DNA from: Gemmatimonas sp.
GTDB taxonomy: Bacteria > Gemmatimonadota > Gemmatimonadetes > Gemmatimonadales > Gemmatimonadaceae
Direction of reading: 5' to 3'
Assembly (NCBI GenBank): GCA_965279375.1
Contig: OZ257156.1
Span: forward strand, 2,912,001-2,976,000
DNA length: 64,000 bases
Positions 49,360 to 58,741 of the stretch are shown in pieces; within the stretch, counting starts at the first letter, position 1; every line of letters begins with the position of its first letter. A program made the position numbers and the translations under genes. The notes below the pieces were generated by a model. That model searched no databases. It was not told the origin of the DNA and saw only the letters and a list, made by a program, of their open reading frames with translations.

Positions 49360-49388
49360 AGCGTAGGGAATGCAGCGGGGGCTGTCAA
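49360..49388 (-). promoter_or_regulatory. Sigma70 promoter of tldE-tldD, probably producing a leaderless mRNA
   Basis: TTGACA-17nt-TACGCT, then 8 nt to the ATG; no SD. Confidence 0.6.
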
Positions 49389-49509
49389 GCACGCCGTTGA
49401 GGGCGAACCGGAGACGTCGCAACGGCTCTCCAGAGAATGCGCGCAACGCGCCGATTTCGTTGACAGCTCGGCGCACGAGATTCGACCACGTGCGCGGACG
49501 CAGGCGCGA

Positions 49510-51471
49510 TCAGGCGAGGCCGCGTCGGCGACGCAGCCACCATTCGAGGCTCAACGCCAGTGCGAAGGGGACCAGCCACCATGGCGATCGCATCGGATGC
49601 CACTGTTCGCGCCGTGGCGCGGCCCGCAGCGTGCGCGCCAACTCCCGGCCGAAGGCGTCGACGTCGGACGCTTGCACCACGCGCCCTCCGTGCGCGGCGA
49701 CCCACGCGGCGAGCAGCGTACCGTCGTCGGCGGCAGGGGAGGTTCGGCTCGAATCGACGATGATCGGCAACGAGGCACGCGCATCTCCGGCGGTCACCAC
49801 CAAGTGCGCGGTCCCCGACAACTCCGGCGCACGGATGGTCCCTCGAAACCACCCCGGCGTACCAGTCGGCCACAGTCGAATGCCAATTCGCTGAGTCGTT
49901 TTTCCCTCTGCCACATCGAGCAAAGCGGAGACGGCCGCCTCTGTGGAGATGGGCGAGGTGGGATCCGATACGCTTCGGGCGGCGCTTCGCACGGCCACTG
50001 TGAAATCCAGCAGCTCCCCGGGCGCGATGACATTGCGCGGCAGGGAGACGTCAACCGACGGGAGCGCGGCGGAGGCGGCGCTGGCGACGGCGTTTTGCCA
50101 GAAGGGGTCAAAGACCGAGGTGGTGATATCGCGAAATCGCCACGCGTCGATGGCACCGCCGATGAGCAGCTGTCCTCGACCGACCGTGGTTTGCCAGACG
50201 ACGGGGAGCGAGCGGCGAGTGCTGTTCTGCGCTCCGGACGCTGACGCAGAGCGGTCCGAGGTGGTCTCGATCGTCGTGGAGAGCACGGTGGCGGCGGCTG
50301 GCAGCGACGATGGCCAGGCGATCTGTGTGGCGCGCCACGCGGTAAGGGCCGACCGTCTCGGCTCGCGAGGTGGCTCGCTGGTTCGTGCGGCCGTGGCGGG
50401 CGATCCTGCGGGAGTCGATGCGGCGCCGTGTGCATTGCCGACGCCGAGTGGGATGCCCGTCGCCTCGCTGCGGAACTGCCAGCCGCCAATGCCGGAGAGC
50501 TGTTCGACGGCGCTGGTCGCGCGCTGGTCGAGCAGCAGCACGACGCTGCCACCACGCTGACGCAGGAATGTCTCGAGTCCTCGCACGTCACTCGCGCTCA
50601 GCGCGTCCGGTGCGCCAACCACGATCGCGTCGAATAGGGAGAGAGCGCTCGCGTCGTCGAGACGGAGCGGCGGTGCGCCGGTTGCCGTGCTCAGATTGCG
50701 CGATGTGACGATGCGACTCGTCACCGCAAAGCGCGGGTCGCGCTCGAGCGCGCGGCGCACGAAGGTCGAGCTCCAGGTTGGGCGCGGGTCGAACACCAGA
50801 ACCGTATGGGTTGCGGCTTTCACGTCGATCGCGAGATCTGCGGCGGCGAGCGGCATCTGGCCATTGCTGCTGTTCAACGACCCCTCGATGCGCAGCGGTA
50901 CCAGCGCGGTGTCGGCCGGCACGAAAGCGAGTTCGGTGAGCACCGTCGTGTCGACACTCGAGACAACGATCGACGTGCTGTCTACCACCACGCCCGCAGC
51001 ACGCAGCGTGAGCCTTACCGATGAACCACGCGCTTCGCGCACGCGCAGCACGATGCGCACGGGTACGCGTTCATGCACGGTGGCGCGCGAAGGAGCGTCC
51101 GCTTGCGTGAAGACAACGCGCGCAGCGGTCGTGTCCGGAGAGACGGCATACGTTGGCGAGGTGGCAGCGGCGAGCGCGGGACGCGAGCGATGGGGCCGTC
51201 CGCGACCGACGAGCACTGTAGCATCGGCCGTCTGCAGTGGTCCATCGATCACGCGCAGCCGACGACGCAACGCCTCGGCGACATCTGCCGCCATCGCGCG
51301 ATCGTCGATCGGACTAAGCGGCACCACCGCGACCATCGGCCGCCGCGTGCGCGCGGTAGTGATCGCCGGATCGATCGCGGCGAGCATCGCGATCGTCACC
51401 GCAAGCAGTCGCAGCGCTGCTCGCACCGACGGCTCCCACGAGGCGGCGGAACGCGGCTCGTCAGTCATCAT
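49510..51471 (-). CDS. Membrane protein of the MoxR cluster (Ig-like + glutamine-amidotransferase-like domain, C-terminal TM)
   Basis: N-terminal TM; PTWSSTFVRRALERDPRF, GGSVVLL, WRFR; C-terminal LSLEWWLRRRRGL. Confidence 0.7.
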   Translation of the reverse strand: MMTDEPRSAASWEPSVRAALRLLAVTIAMLAAIDPAITTARTRRPMVAVVPLSPIDDRAMAADVAEALRRRLRVIDGPLQTADATVLVGRGRPHRSRPALAAATSPTYAVSPDTTAARVVFTQADAPSRATVHERVPVRIVLRVREARGSSVRLTLRAAGVVVDSTSIVVSSVDTTVLTELAFVPADTALVPLRIEGSLNSSNGQMPLAAADLAIDVKAATHTVLVFDPRPTWSSTFVRRALERDPRFAVTSRIVTSRNLSTATGAPPLRLDDASALSLFDAIVVGAPDALSASDVRGLETFLRQRGGSVVLLLDQRATSAVEQLSGIGGWQFRSEATGIPLGVGNAHGAASTPAGSPATAARTSEPPREPRRSALTAWRATQIAWPSSLPAAATVLSTTIETTSDRSASASGAQNSTRRSLPVVWQTTVGRGQLLIGGAIDAWRFRDITTSVFDPFWQNAVASAASAALPSVDVSLPRNVIAPGELLDFTVAVRSAARSVSDPTSPISTEAAVSALLDVAEGKTTQRIGIRLWPTGTPGWFRGTIRAPELSGTAHLVVTAGDARASLPIIVDSSRTSPAADDGTLLAAWVAAHGGRVVQASDVDAFGRELARTLRAAPRREQWHPMRSPWWLVPFALALSLEWWLRRRRGLA

Positions 51472-53765
51472 CGGCGAACACCAGCGCCCGCCGAATCCGC
51501 GCTCGATCGCGCGCGCTGTCTGGCCGTCGGCTTCGCGTCGCCCTTCGCGTCGCGCTTCGCACCGCGACTCGCACGACGTTCGGCCTCGCCAAGCGCCGCA
51601 CGCAGCTCCCGTTCGGCCCCGGGCGTCGCAGGCGCTGCACGCCGCGTCACGGCATTGCGCAAGAGCGCCGAGATGGTTGACGACGCGGCGTCGAGGAGCG
51701 GCCCTACCTCGGCCCCTCTATTGCGCGCCAACGCCGCCGACGCGTCGGAGAGGCGCGCCGCTGCGTCCTGCAGCGCACGGTTGGCCGGGTCGATGCGCAA
51801 CGTCTGCTGAGCCACCTGCGCAAGGCGCGCGGACTGTCTCGCAACGACGTCGTCACCGGCGGACGGCAGCTCGCGAGACGTACCCACCTCGCGCAGCACC
51901 TGCGCCACATCCGCGAGCGCGCGCCGCAACGCGACGCGCGCTGGATCGGCAAGCGGCGTGAGAATTGCGCGCGACGCCGAGCGCGCCTCCGTAAGCGTGC
52001 CCGAGAGGCGACGTGACAGATCGAGCGCCTCACGTTCGCTGAGCGCGCGCAAAATGATTCGTGTACGCGAGAACGCCAGCTCGATCTGCGCCAAAGCCGA
52101 CTTCTCCGCGGCGAGCGCCGGGGCCAAATCCGCCACCGTGAGCAGCGTCTGTGCGCGACTCATCAATCGGATTGCGCGGGCCAACGACACGCGACCTTGA
52201 TTGGCAAGGCGACCAGCAAGAATGTCGTCTTCCGCCTCCGCCTCGGCCACTTCGTTCAGCTCTGTCATGCTCGCGTCGGGCGACGGTGCGTCCTCGAGTT
52301 CGCCGCCCATCATGAACACGAACTCCGAGCGAACCTTGCGCTGTTCCGCAGCTATCTCCTGCGATGCCACGGTTGCGGAGTCGTCCGACATCGACGCGCG
52401 CCGTGCGATCAGTCGCTCCGTCTTGAGGATGACCATCTGCTGCGATACGGCATATCGCTCCTGATCGGGATCGATCGCGAAGCCGGCCGCCGCATCGCTG
52501 CCGGGCGCGATCACCTCCGCGATGCGCGCATCTGATTCCTGGGGCGCAGAGCCCGGGCGGGTATCCTTCGTGATGGCGCGGTAGACGACCATGTCACCGG
52601 GCGTGAGTGCCAGCGTGTCGAGCGGCCAGCGCACGGACGCGCTCCAGTGTCGCGCGTCGCGGCGCACGACCGTGAGTGGCACGTCGCCATCGGTGAACGT
52701 GAATCGCTCGCCCGATCCTGAGACACGCGTGAAGCGCAGTCGCAGCGAGGCCACACCGATGTCGTCTTCTGCCTCGATGCCCACGCTGAGAGTCTGCTTT
52801 CCGTCGCGCAGTCGCACGTCCCCGCTTGGCGTCACGATGCGCACGCGTGGCACTGCGTCCGGGAGCACCGTCACGCCGATCCATCGCGCGGCGCCATCGC
52901 GGCCGTCCCGCAGACGCGGCGCGAGCGAGACGAAGCCGTCCACGTCGACGGTACGATCCACGATGAACAGCCCGGCAGAGGACGGCCCGACGCGGGCGAC
53001 ACCGCTCAATGTCTGTACGTCGAGCGAGTCCGCCGTGGACCGTATGCTGAGCCGAATGGTACTGCCCGCGAGTGCCTCCACGCGCGCCGGATTGCGCAAA
53101 CGCTCGGGAGAACGTGCCGCGTACGCAGGCGCCGTCACGACCAGCGCGATGTCATCGATGGAGGCAGTCGATGCCGGGGCCACGGAAGCGATCGCGCGTT
53201 CGGCCACCCGCAACGGCAGCGTGTCGCGCGCGGCAACCAGCACGAAAGCCAGCGCGACCATCGCCAAATATGTCGCATCGCGCGTACGCGGAAAGAGTCG
53301 TCGAAGGTCCAGACGACGTGCGACGTTCGCGGCATCGTGCGCGACCATCGCCAGCGCGTACGGCGCGACCGCAGCAGCGCCGCGCTCCCCATTCGCGCGC
53401 GCTGTATCAAGCAGCTCGGCGGCGGTGATGAGCACGTTCCGACACTCGGGCGCGCGTGCTTCGATGGCGTAGGCGGCGCGCGTTCTCCGAGCAGCGATGA
53501 ATCCAAGCGCGCCGCCCGCGAGTACGCCGAAGACGCCCGCGATTGCGAGCGCGAACGTCGCGCCACGCGCAGGCACGCCCGCAAGCGCAGCAAGGAGCAT
53601 GATGGCGATGCCAATCGCCGATCCGCGTAGCGCGCCATTAATGGCGACGCGCTGCTCCGCGCGTCGCAGCAGCGTGCGAATAGTCGTCGCATCGCCGGCG
53701 TGCGGCGCGGCAGCTTCGTCGTGAGGAGTACGGCCTGACTGCCGGACGTTTGGAGTCGTCAGCAT
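51468..53765 (-). CDS. DUF4175-like membrane protein with coiled-coil C-terminus
   Basis: TM helices; NVLITAAEL, APAYA, DAVPRV, AEDDIGV, PGDMVVY, SQQMVI; overlaps both neighbours. Confidence 0.7.
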   Translation of the reverse strand: MLTTPNVRQSGRTPHDEAAAPHAGDATTIRTLLRRAEQRVAINGALRGSAIGIAIMLLAALAGVPARGATFALAIAGVFGVLAGGALGFIAARRTRAAYAIEARAPECRNVLITAAELLDTARANGERGAAAVAPYALAMVAHDAANVARRLDLRRLFPRTRDATYLAMVALAFVLVAARDTLPLRVAERAIASVAPASTASIDDIALVVTAPAYAARSPERLRNPARVEALAGSTIRLSIRSTADSLDVQTLSGVARVGPSSAGLFIVDRTVDVDGFVSLAPRLRDGRDGAARWIGVTVLPDAVPRVRIVTPSGDVRLRDGKQTLSVGIEAEDDIGVASLRLRFTRVSGSGERFTFTDGDVPLTVVRRDARHWSASVRWPLDTLALTPGDMVVYRAITKDTRPGSAPQESDARIAEVIAPGSDAAAGFAIDPDQERYAVSQQMVILKTERLIARRASMSDDSATVASQEIAAEQRKVRSEFVFMMGGELEDAPSPDASMTELNEVAEAEAEDDILAGRLANQGRVSLARAIRLMSRAQTLLTVADLAPALAAEKSALAQIELAFSRTRIILRALSEREALDLSRRLSGTLTEARSASRAILTPLADPARVALRRALADVAQVLREVGTSRELPSAGDDVVARQSARLAQVAQQTLRIDPANRALQDAAARLSDASAALARNRGAEVGPLLDAASSTISALLRNAVTRRAAPATPGAERELRAALGEAERRASRGAKRDAKGDAKPTARQRARSSADSAGAGVRR

Positions 53766-55216
53766 CAGCTCGACTCGACCGCGCTGCGGGCGCTGCGCCG
53801 AAGCAGTTGCTCTGCACCGATGAGCACGAGCACGGCAAACCAGAACCATCGCGCGTCCGACGGCCCTTGGTCCGAATCGAGCTGTGCGCTGCTCATGGAC
53901 GCGCGCTCGTCCGTCGCCGGCGGCCGTTCCCACGAAATCAGCACGCTATCCGACAACACACTCGGCTCACGCTCCGCGCGATCGCGGTCTGCTTGTAGCT
54001 CGCGCACGGCAACGGTCAACGCTGCGACCGAGAAGTCTCGGGCGCTGGTCTGCACGAGCAGCAGCAGTCGATGACTTCCGTCGATGATCCCCTCACGCGC
54101 AACAACCACTGCCGCGCCGTGCCGGTCGGTGACCACCGGAATGCCCTTCGTGCTGTCGGTGCTCGTGAGCGGCGAAGCGTTCAGCGCGGCATCGCGCAGG
54201 AGCTCGCTCTCGTGCAACTGCGCAACTGCATGCAGCATCCACGTCGAGCGAACCGCGATGGACGACTGGAGCAACGCGGTACGGTCAGGGGCGTGCGGTG
54301 TTACGATCGTCACGCCCTGCGGATCGTCGGAGGGCACGCGCGCAGAGTCGGCGCGCAAGGCGATGCTATGCCGCGCAGCGTCGAGAGCCAACGCGAGCGC
54401 GGCTCTCTCCTCAGCGCCTCCCACCAGCGTGAGTGCAAGCGTGTCTTCGCGGCGGACGCTCCGTCGCGAGGTCCAACTCGCGCTTGTGCCAGGCGGCAAC
54501 GCGTTCGACGACGATGCGCCAGGCGCGCCGCTGAGCGAAGTCCGTAGGTCGAACGTTGCGTCGCCCAACGTCACAGCGCTCGCTGGTGGGCCGGAGTCGC
54601 GGGCCGCAGCCAGTGCGCCCTCTGGGGTAGCGCCAGCAGCGTCACGTTCGATCGTTGCGCGTCCGCCCCGCGCACGCACGAGCCGCACCCCGATGTCGCG
54701 CGGGACGCGACGCAATTGCTCAGACGAGAGCTCTCCCGACGGAAAGTCGCTGACGATGACGAGTTCCGCACGAGTCGGTTGCTGCCTCAGCCAAGACACG
54801 GCCCCGTCGATCGATCGCTCGAGGGACGAGGTGGCGATGAGCACGTGCACTGCGGCCGAGTCCGCGAGGCGTCGTGCGGCCGCAAGTTTGCGCGCGCCGG
54901 CCGAGGCGTCTTCTGCGCTCGTGTCCACCACGACCGCGCGCGATAGCGTGCTGGCGAATGCGCGTGTGCGTTCCGGTGTAGACCAGAGCGGCTGCGCCAG
55001 CGCGGCGACGGCTACAGCCAGTGTCAGCACGCGCAACGCAAGCAGCAGGAGGTCGCGCAGTCGGGTGCGGCGTGTGGGCAGCAGTCGCGTACGTCGGACG
55101 AAGCGAAGCGATGGAAACGGCACTGTGCGCGCGTCGCCGCGGCCGAGCAGGTGGATGATCACCGGCAACGCCAAGGCTACGAGTCCTGCCCACGCGATCG
55201 GCTGCTGCCAGATCAC
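53765..55216 (-). CDS. BatA-type N-terminal double-TM domain + vWA-like protein
   Basis: LPVIIHLL..VPFPSLRF..LLLLALR..LAQP; VVDTS; C-terminal TM. Confidence 0.8.
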   Translation of the reverse strand: MIWQQPIAWAGLVALALPVIIHLLGRGDARTVPFPSLRFVRRTRLLPTRRTRLRDLLLLALRVLTLAVAVAALAQPLWSTPERTRAFASTLSRAVVVDTSAEDASAGARKLAAARRLADSAAVHVLIATSSLERSIDGAVSWLRQQPTRAELVIVSDFPSGELSSEQLRRVPRDIGVRLVRARGGRATIERDAAGATPEGALAAARDSGPPASAVTLGDATFDLRTSLSGAPGASSSNALPPGTSASWTSRRSVRREDTLALTLVGGAEERAALALALDAARHSIALRADSARVPSDDPQGVTIVTPHAPDRTALLQSSIAVRSTWMLHAVAQLHESELLRDAALNASPLTSTDSTKGIPVVTDRHGAAVVVAREGIIDGSHRLLLLVQTSARDFSVAALTVAVRELQADRDRAEREPSVLSDSVLISWERPPATDERASMSSAQLDSDQGPSDARWFWFAVLVLIGAEQLLRRSARSAVESS

Positions 55217-56127
55217 GGCGGTGGCGCCCCGCGCGTGTGACCAGCGGCGCCTCGTCGACCGCGGCGCAGGAGATAGTCGCGCAGCGCGTCTTCTGGAGGC
55301 GTATCCGTCTTGAGCAACGCGTAGTCGATGCCATCTCGCAGCGCATGTACACGGCACCGCGTGAGGAATTCGTTGACGGCGCTGCGGTACGTGTCGGCGA
55401 TCGCTGCGGCATCGATGCGCTCGCGCGCGTCAGACTCGAGGTCCTCGAGCTCAACCTGCCCGCGGAACGGCAACGAGAGTTCGTCGGGAGACAGAATCTG
55501 CAGCATGGCGACGTCATGTCCGCGCTGCACGACACGGCGCAGTTCGCGACGCGTTTCGTCTTCGCCATCGTAGAAATCCGAGATGACGATCACCACGCCA
55601 CGTCGCTGCAGCAGCTGCGATCCCCGCGCGATCGTGCGCGCCGGGTCCCACGCACCGGTCGGCGTGGCGCGGTCGAGTCGCGCCAGCAGCGAACGCAGAT
55701 GCGGACGCCCGCCGCGCGCAGGCAGATACGACAGACTGTCGTGCGTCATCGTCATCATGCCGACGGCATGGCCCTGCTCGGACACGAGATACGCCAGCGC
55801 CGCCGCAACGATCGCCGCGTAGCGCGCTTTGGACAGCCCCATGGCGGGATAGGCCATCGAGGCGCTCGTGTCCAGCACGAGCATGACGGACAGATTGGTC
55901 GTTTCGCGAAACTGTCGCGTGTACAGCCGATCGCTGCGCGCGAACAGCTTCCAGTCGAGATACTTGAGATCATCGCCGGCGCGATACGGACGATGCTGGC
56001 GGAACTCGGTGCTGTAGCCGTGAAACGGACTGCGATGTCCGCCCGTGCGAAGTCCTTCCACCACGAGACGTGCAGCGAGTTCGAGATCGTCGATCGCTGC
56101 GACAACGGCCGGGGACAGCGCGGTCAT
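55213..56127 (-). CDS. DUF58 (vWA-like) protein
   Basis: HRSPFHG.STEF..HRPY..GDD...LDWK..ARSD, LDTSASM, ISDF. Confidence 0.92.
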   Translation of the reverse strand: MTALSPAVVAAIDDLELAARLVVEGLRTGGHRSPFHGYSTEFRQHRPYRAGDDLKYLDWKLFARSDRLYTRQFRETTNLSVMLVLDTSASMAYPAMGLSKARYAAIVAAALAYLVSEQGHAVGMMTMTHDSLSYLPARGGRPHLRSLLARLDRATPTGAWDPARTIARGSQLLQRRGVVIVISDFYDGEDETRRELRRVVQRGHDVAMLQILSPDELSLPFRGQVELEDLESDARERIDAAAIADTYRSAVNEFLTRCRVHALRDGIDYALLKTDTPPEDALRDYLLRRGRRGAAGHTRGAPPP

Positions 56128-56154
56128 CAGTCCTGCTCGCGGACGCGCATCACC

Positions 56155-57168
56155 TCAGGGCCTCACGACCTCGAGCAGTTTGCCGATCACGGCATCGGGC
56201 GAGATACCGTCTGCTTCCGCCTGAAAGTTCACCAGCACGCGATGACGCAGTACAGGGAGCGCCACACGCGTGACGTCGTCTGGCGCGGGCACCGAGCGAC
56301 CATCGAGGAGCGCGGCCGCCTTTGCACCCAGCAGGAGCGCCTGCCCAGCGCGCGGTCCCACGCCCCAGCGCACCCATTCCTTGATCGGCTTGGGCGCGGT
56401 CGGATCGGCCGGGCGCGTCGCGCGGATGAGGCGCAGCGCATAGTCCACCACGTTGTCTGCCGCTGGCAGATCGCGCACGAGCTTCCGCACCATCTCGAGC
56501 TCTTCGCCCGATGCCACCGGCTTCGCCGCGCGATCACCGCCGCTGGTCGTCTCCGAGAGAATGCGACGTTCGTCCGTGGCATCGGGGTAGTCGATGACCA
56601 CGTTGAACATGAAGCGATCCAACTGGGCCTCGGGGAGCGGATAGGTGCCTTCCTGCTCGATCGGATTCTCCGTGGCCAGCACGAAGAGTGGCCGTTCGAG
56701 CGGATAACGCACGCCACCGACGGTCACCTGATACTCCTGCATCGCTTCCAGCAGCGCGGCCTGCGTGCGCGGTGGCGTGCGATTGATTTCGTCGGCCAGA
56801 ATGATGTTGGCGAACACCGGCCCGGGGATGAACCGCACGTGCCGCTTGCCACCGGTGGCGTCGTCCTCGATGACTTCTGTGCCGAGGATATCCGAGGGCA
56901 TCAGGTCCGGCGTGAACTGGATGCGGCTGAACTTGAGCCGCACCGTGTCCGCGAGGGTCTTGATGAGCAGCGTCTTGGCGAGTCCGGGCACACCTCGCAG
57001 CAGACAGTGTCCGCCGGCAAAGAGGCAGGTCAGAATCTCGCGGCGCACCTGTTGCTGCCCGATGATCACCCGCCCGATCTCCTGATCGAGCGACTTCACC
57101 AACGCCCCAACGGCATCGACGGAGGGCCGTGCGGTACGCGCGGCGTCTGGCTGCGAAGAAGTAGTCAC
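56155..57168 (-). CDS. MoxR-family AAA+ ATPase
   Basis: GVPGLAKT, RIQFTPDLMPSDI, ADEINRTPPRTQAALLEAMQE, NPIEQEGTYPLPEAQLDRF; GTG start at 57168 inferred. Confidence 0.95.
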   Translation of the reverse strand: MTTSSQPDAARTARPSVDAVGALVKSLDQEIGRVIIGQQQVRREILTCLFAGGHCLLRGVPGLAKTLLIKTLADTVRLKFSRIQFTPDLMPSDILGTEVIEDDATGGKRHVRFIPGPVFANIILADEINRTPPRTQAALLEAMQEYQVTVGGVRYPLERPLFVLATENPIEQEGTYPLPEAQLDRFMFNVVIDYPDATDERRILSETTSGGDRAAKPVASGEELEMVRKLVRDLPAADNVVDYALRLIRATRPADPTAPKPIKEWVRWGVGPRAGQALLLGAKAAALLDGRSVPAPDDVTRVALPVLRHRVLVNFQAEADGISPDAVIGKLLEVVRP

Positions 57169-57295
57169 GATCGCGGATAGTAGTGCAGGGCGTTCGGGCT
57201 GGCCAGTTCGCACCGATGTCGCAACGACACCACCCGTGCATGACATACGCGACAGAGCAGTCAACCGTTGCCGCGACTACCGGATGAACGCGGCG

Positions 57296-58741
57296 CTAGC
57301 CGGTGCCGTGCAGACGCCGTCGTTCCTGCTCTCGAGCCGAGACGGAGTTCGCGTTGCAGCCGACGATTCGCCCGCGACAACCAGTGCTGCCGCAGCGGCA
57401 GTCGAAGGGAGCGCTCACCTCGGACATCGAGTGTCCGTAGTCGAGGGTCAGCTCTTCGCCCGCGGCAATGGCGCGCAGGGCGACCACATTCAGACCATCA
57501 AAGGCAGTGTTGGGCGAGCACGAGTGATTCTGCGGCGCCCACGCTGACGGATTGGCGTCCCACAGCGCAAACACTTCGTCACTCAGCGGGTAGGCGTACT
57601 GCGCGAACACGTGCCGATCCTCTTCGCTCCAAGTGGACTCGACATGACGCCGCGTGACGATGCGATGCGGTGCCGCTTCGCTCCGGAAGACGACCTCGCC
57701 GCTGGCCAGCGCCTGCGCTGCAAAGATCCCGTACCCGGCGACAGCGCTTCCCTGCATGACATACCGCGGGCGGCGCCGTGCGTGGCGAGCGATCCCCTCG
57801 GCGACAATGCGTCGCGCAAAGCCGCGTTGTCCCATACCGTCGTGAATCAGGATGTAGTCGGCGGAGCCTTCGAAGCCGTTCGCGTAGAAGACCGAGCAGG
57901 TGAAGTTCACTTCGAGAAAATAGAGCTCGCCGTGAGCATCCATGCGGAAATCCATGCGCGCGTAGCCCACTCCGTCAAACGCACGAAAGAGCCGCGTGGC
58001 CAGCGACTGGAGTCGCCCGGCTAGGGCAGCGTCCCGCACCGGCACGTTTGCGCTCGGATGCAACTCGCTTGTCTTGAGCGCATACGTCTTGAAGTGCGAA
58101 CCGGCAGGGAATTCGAACTCGACGGGAGCGAGCGCCCTCGACGCGCCATCCCCATCGGGATCGGCCACCACCAGTACGGTGAACTCGCGCCCATCCACGT
58201 ACTCTTCCACGAGCAACTCCGGGTACTCCGGCAGCAACGTCGCCACCTGCGCCGCGAGTGCGTTCGCGTCATCCACGCGTGAATGTTCGTCCACACCAAG
58301 GCTATCCCCGGCGTGCGACGGTTTGACGAACAGCGGGTAGCGCAGCGTCGGGCCGATCTCCCGCAGGTCGTCGAGCGATTGCACCAGGCGATGCGCCGGC
58401 GTACGCAGTCCTGCTGTGTGGGCGACGTATTTCATCAGCACTTTCGACGGATCGTACAGCGTCGCGCTGGGTCCGGTGTACGGCAGTCCCAACTGGTCCA
58501 GTGCGTGGATCACGTCGATCGAGGGGACATCCCAGTCGAGGTAGCCTTCGCACAAGTTGACGTAAATGTCGAAGCCCATCGGCACCGTCGCCTTGAGCTG
58601 CCGATAGGTGGTCCGCTTGTCGAGGTAGACGTGGTGTACCTCGTCGTCCGGGAAGACGCTCGAGAGATCACGTCTGGGATCGTAGTGCCGATAGTCCACC
58701 GACGACGCCGTGTAGTCGGGCTGCAGCACACACACCTTCAT
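57296..58741 (-). CDS. D-Ala-D-Ala-ligase-like ATP-grasp domain fused to a SET + post-SET methyltransferase domain
   Basis: NLCEG, LPYTG, FVKP, GDSLG, EEYVDGREF, RMDFR, LEVN; then GYGIFA, NHSCSPN, GEELTLDY, CRCGSTGCRG. Confidence 0.9.
   Translation of the reverse strand: MKVCVLQPDYTASSVDYRHYDPRRDLSSVFPDDEVHHVYLDKRTTYRQLKATVPMGFDIYVNLCEGYLDWDVPSIDVIHALDQLGLPYTGPSATLYDPSKVLMKYVAHTAGLRTPAHRLVQSLDDLREIGPTLRYPLFVKPSHAGDSLGVDEHSRVDDANALAAQVATLLPEYPELLVEEYVDGREFTVLVVADPDGDGASRALAPVEFEFPAGSHFKTYALKTSELHPSANVPVRDAALAGRLQSLATRLFRAFDGVGYARMDFRMDAHGELYFLEVNFTCSVFYANGFEGSADYILIHDGMGQRGFARRIVAEGIARHARRRPRYVMQGSAVAGYGIFAAQALASGEVVFRSEAAPHRIVTRRHVESTWSEEDRHVFAQYAYPLSDEVFALWDANPSAWAPQNHSCSPNTAFDGLNVVALRAIAAGEELTLDYGHSMSEVSAPFDCRCGSTGCRGRIVGCNANSVSAREQERRRLHGTG

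Noticed and set aside
49381..49467. 8-bp inverted repeat GCTGTCAA...TTGACAGC as MITE ends or a second promoter
   Set aside because: Too short, no target duplication or second copy, and the plus-strand TTGACA has no -10 at a proper spacing
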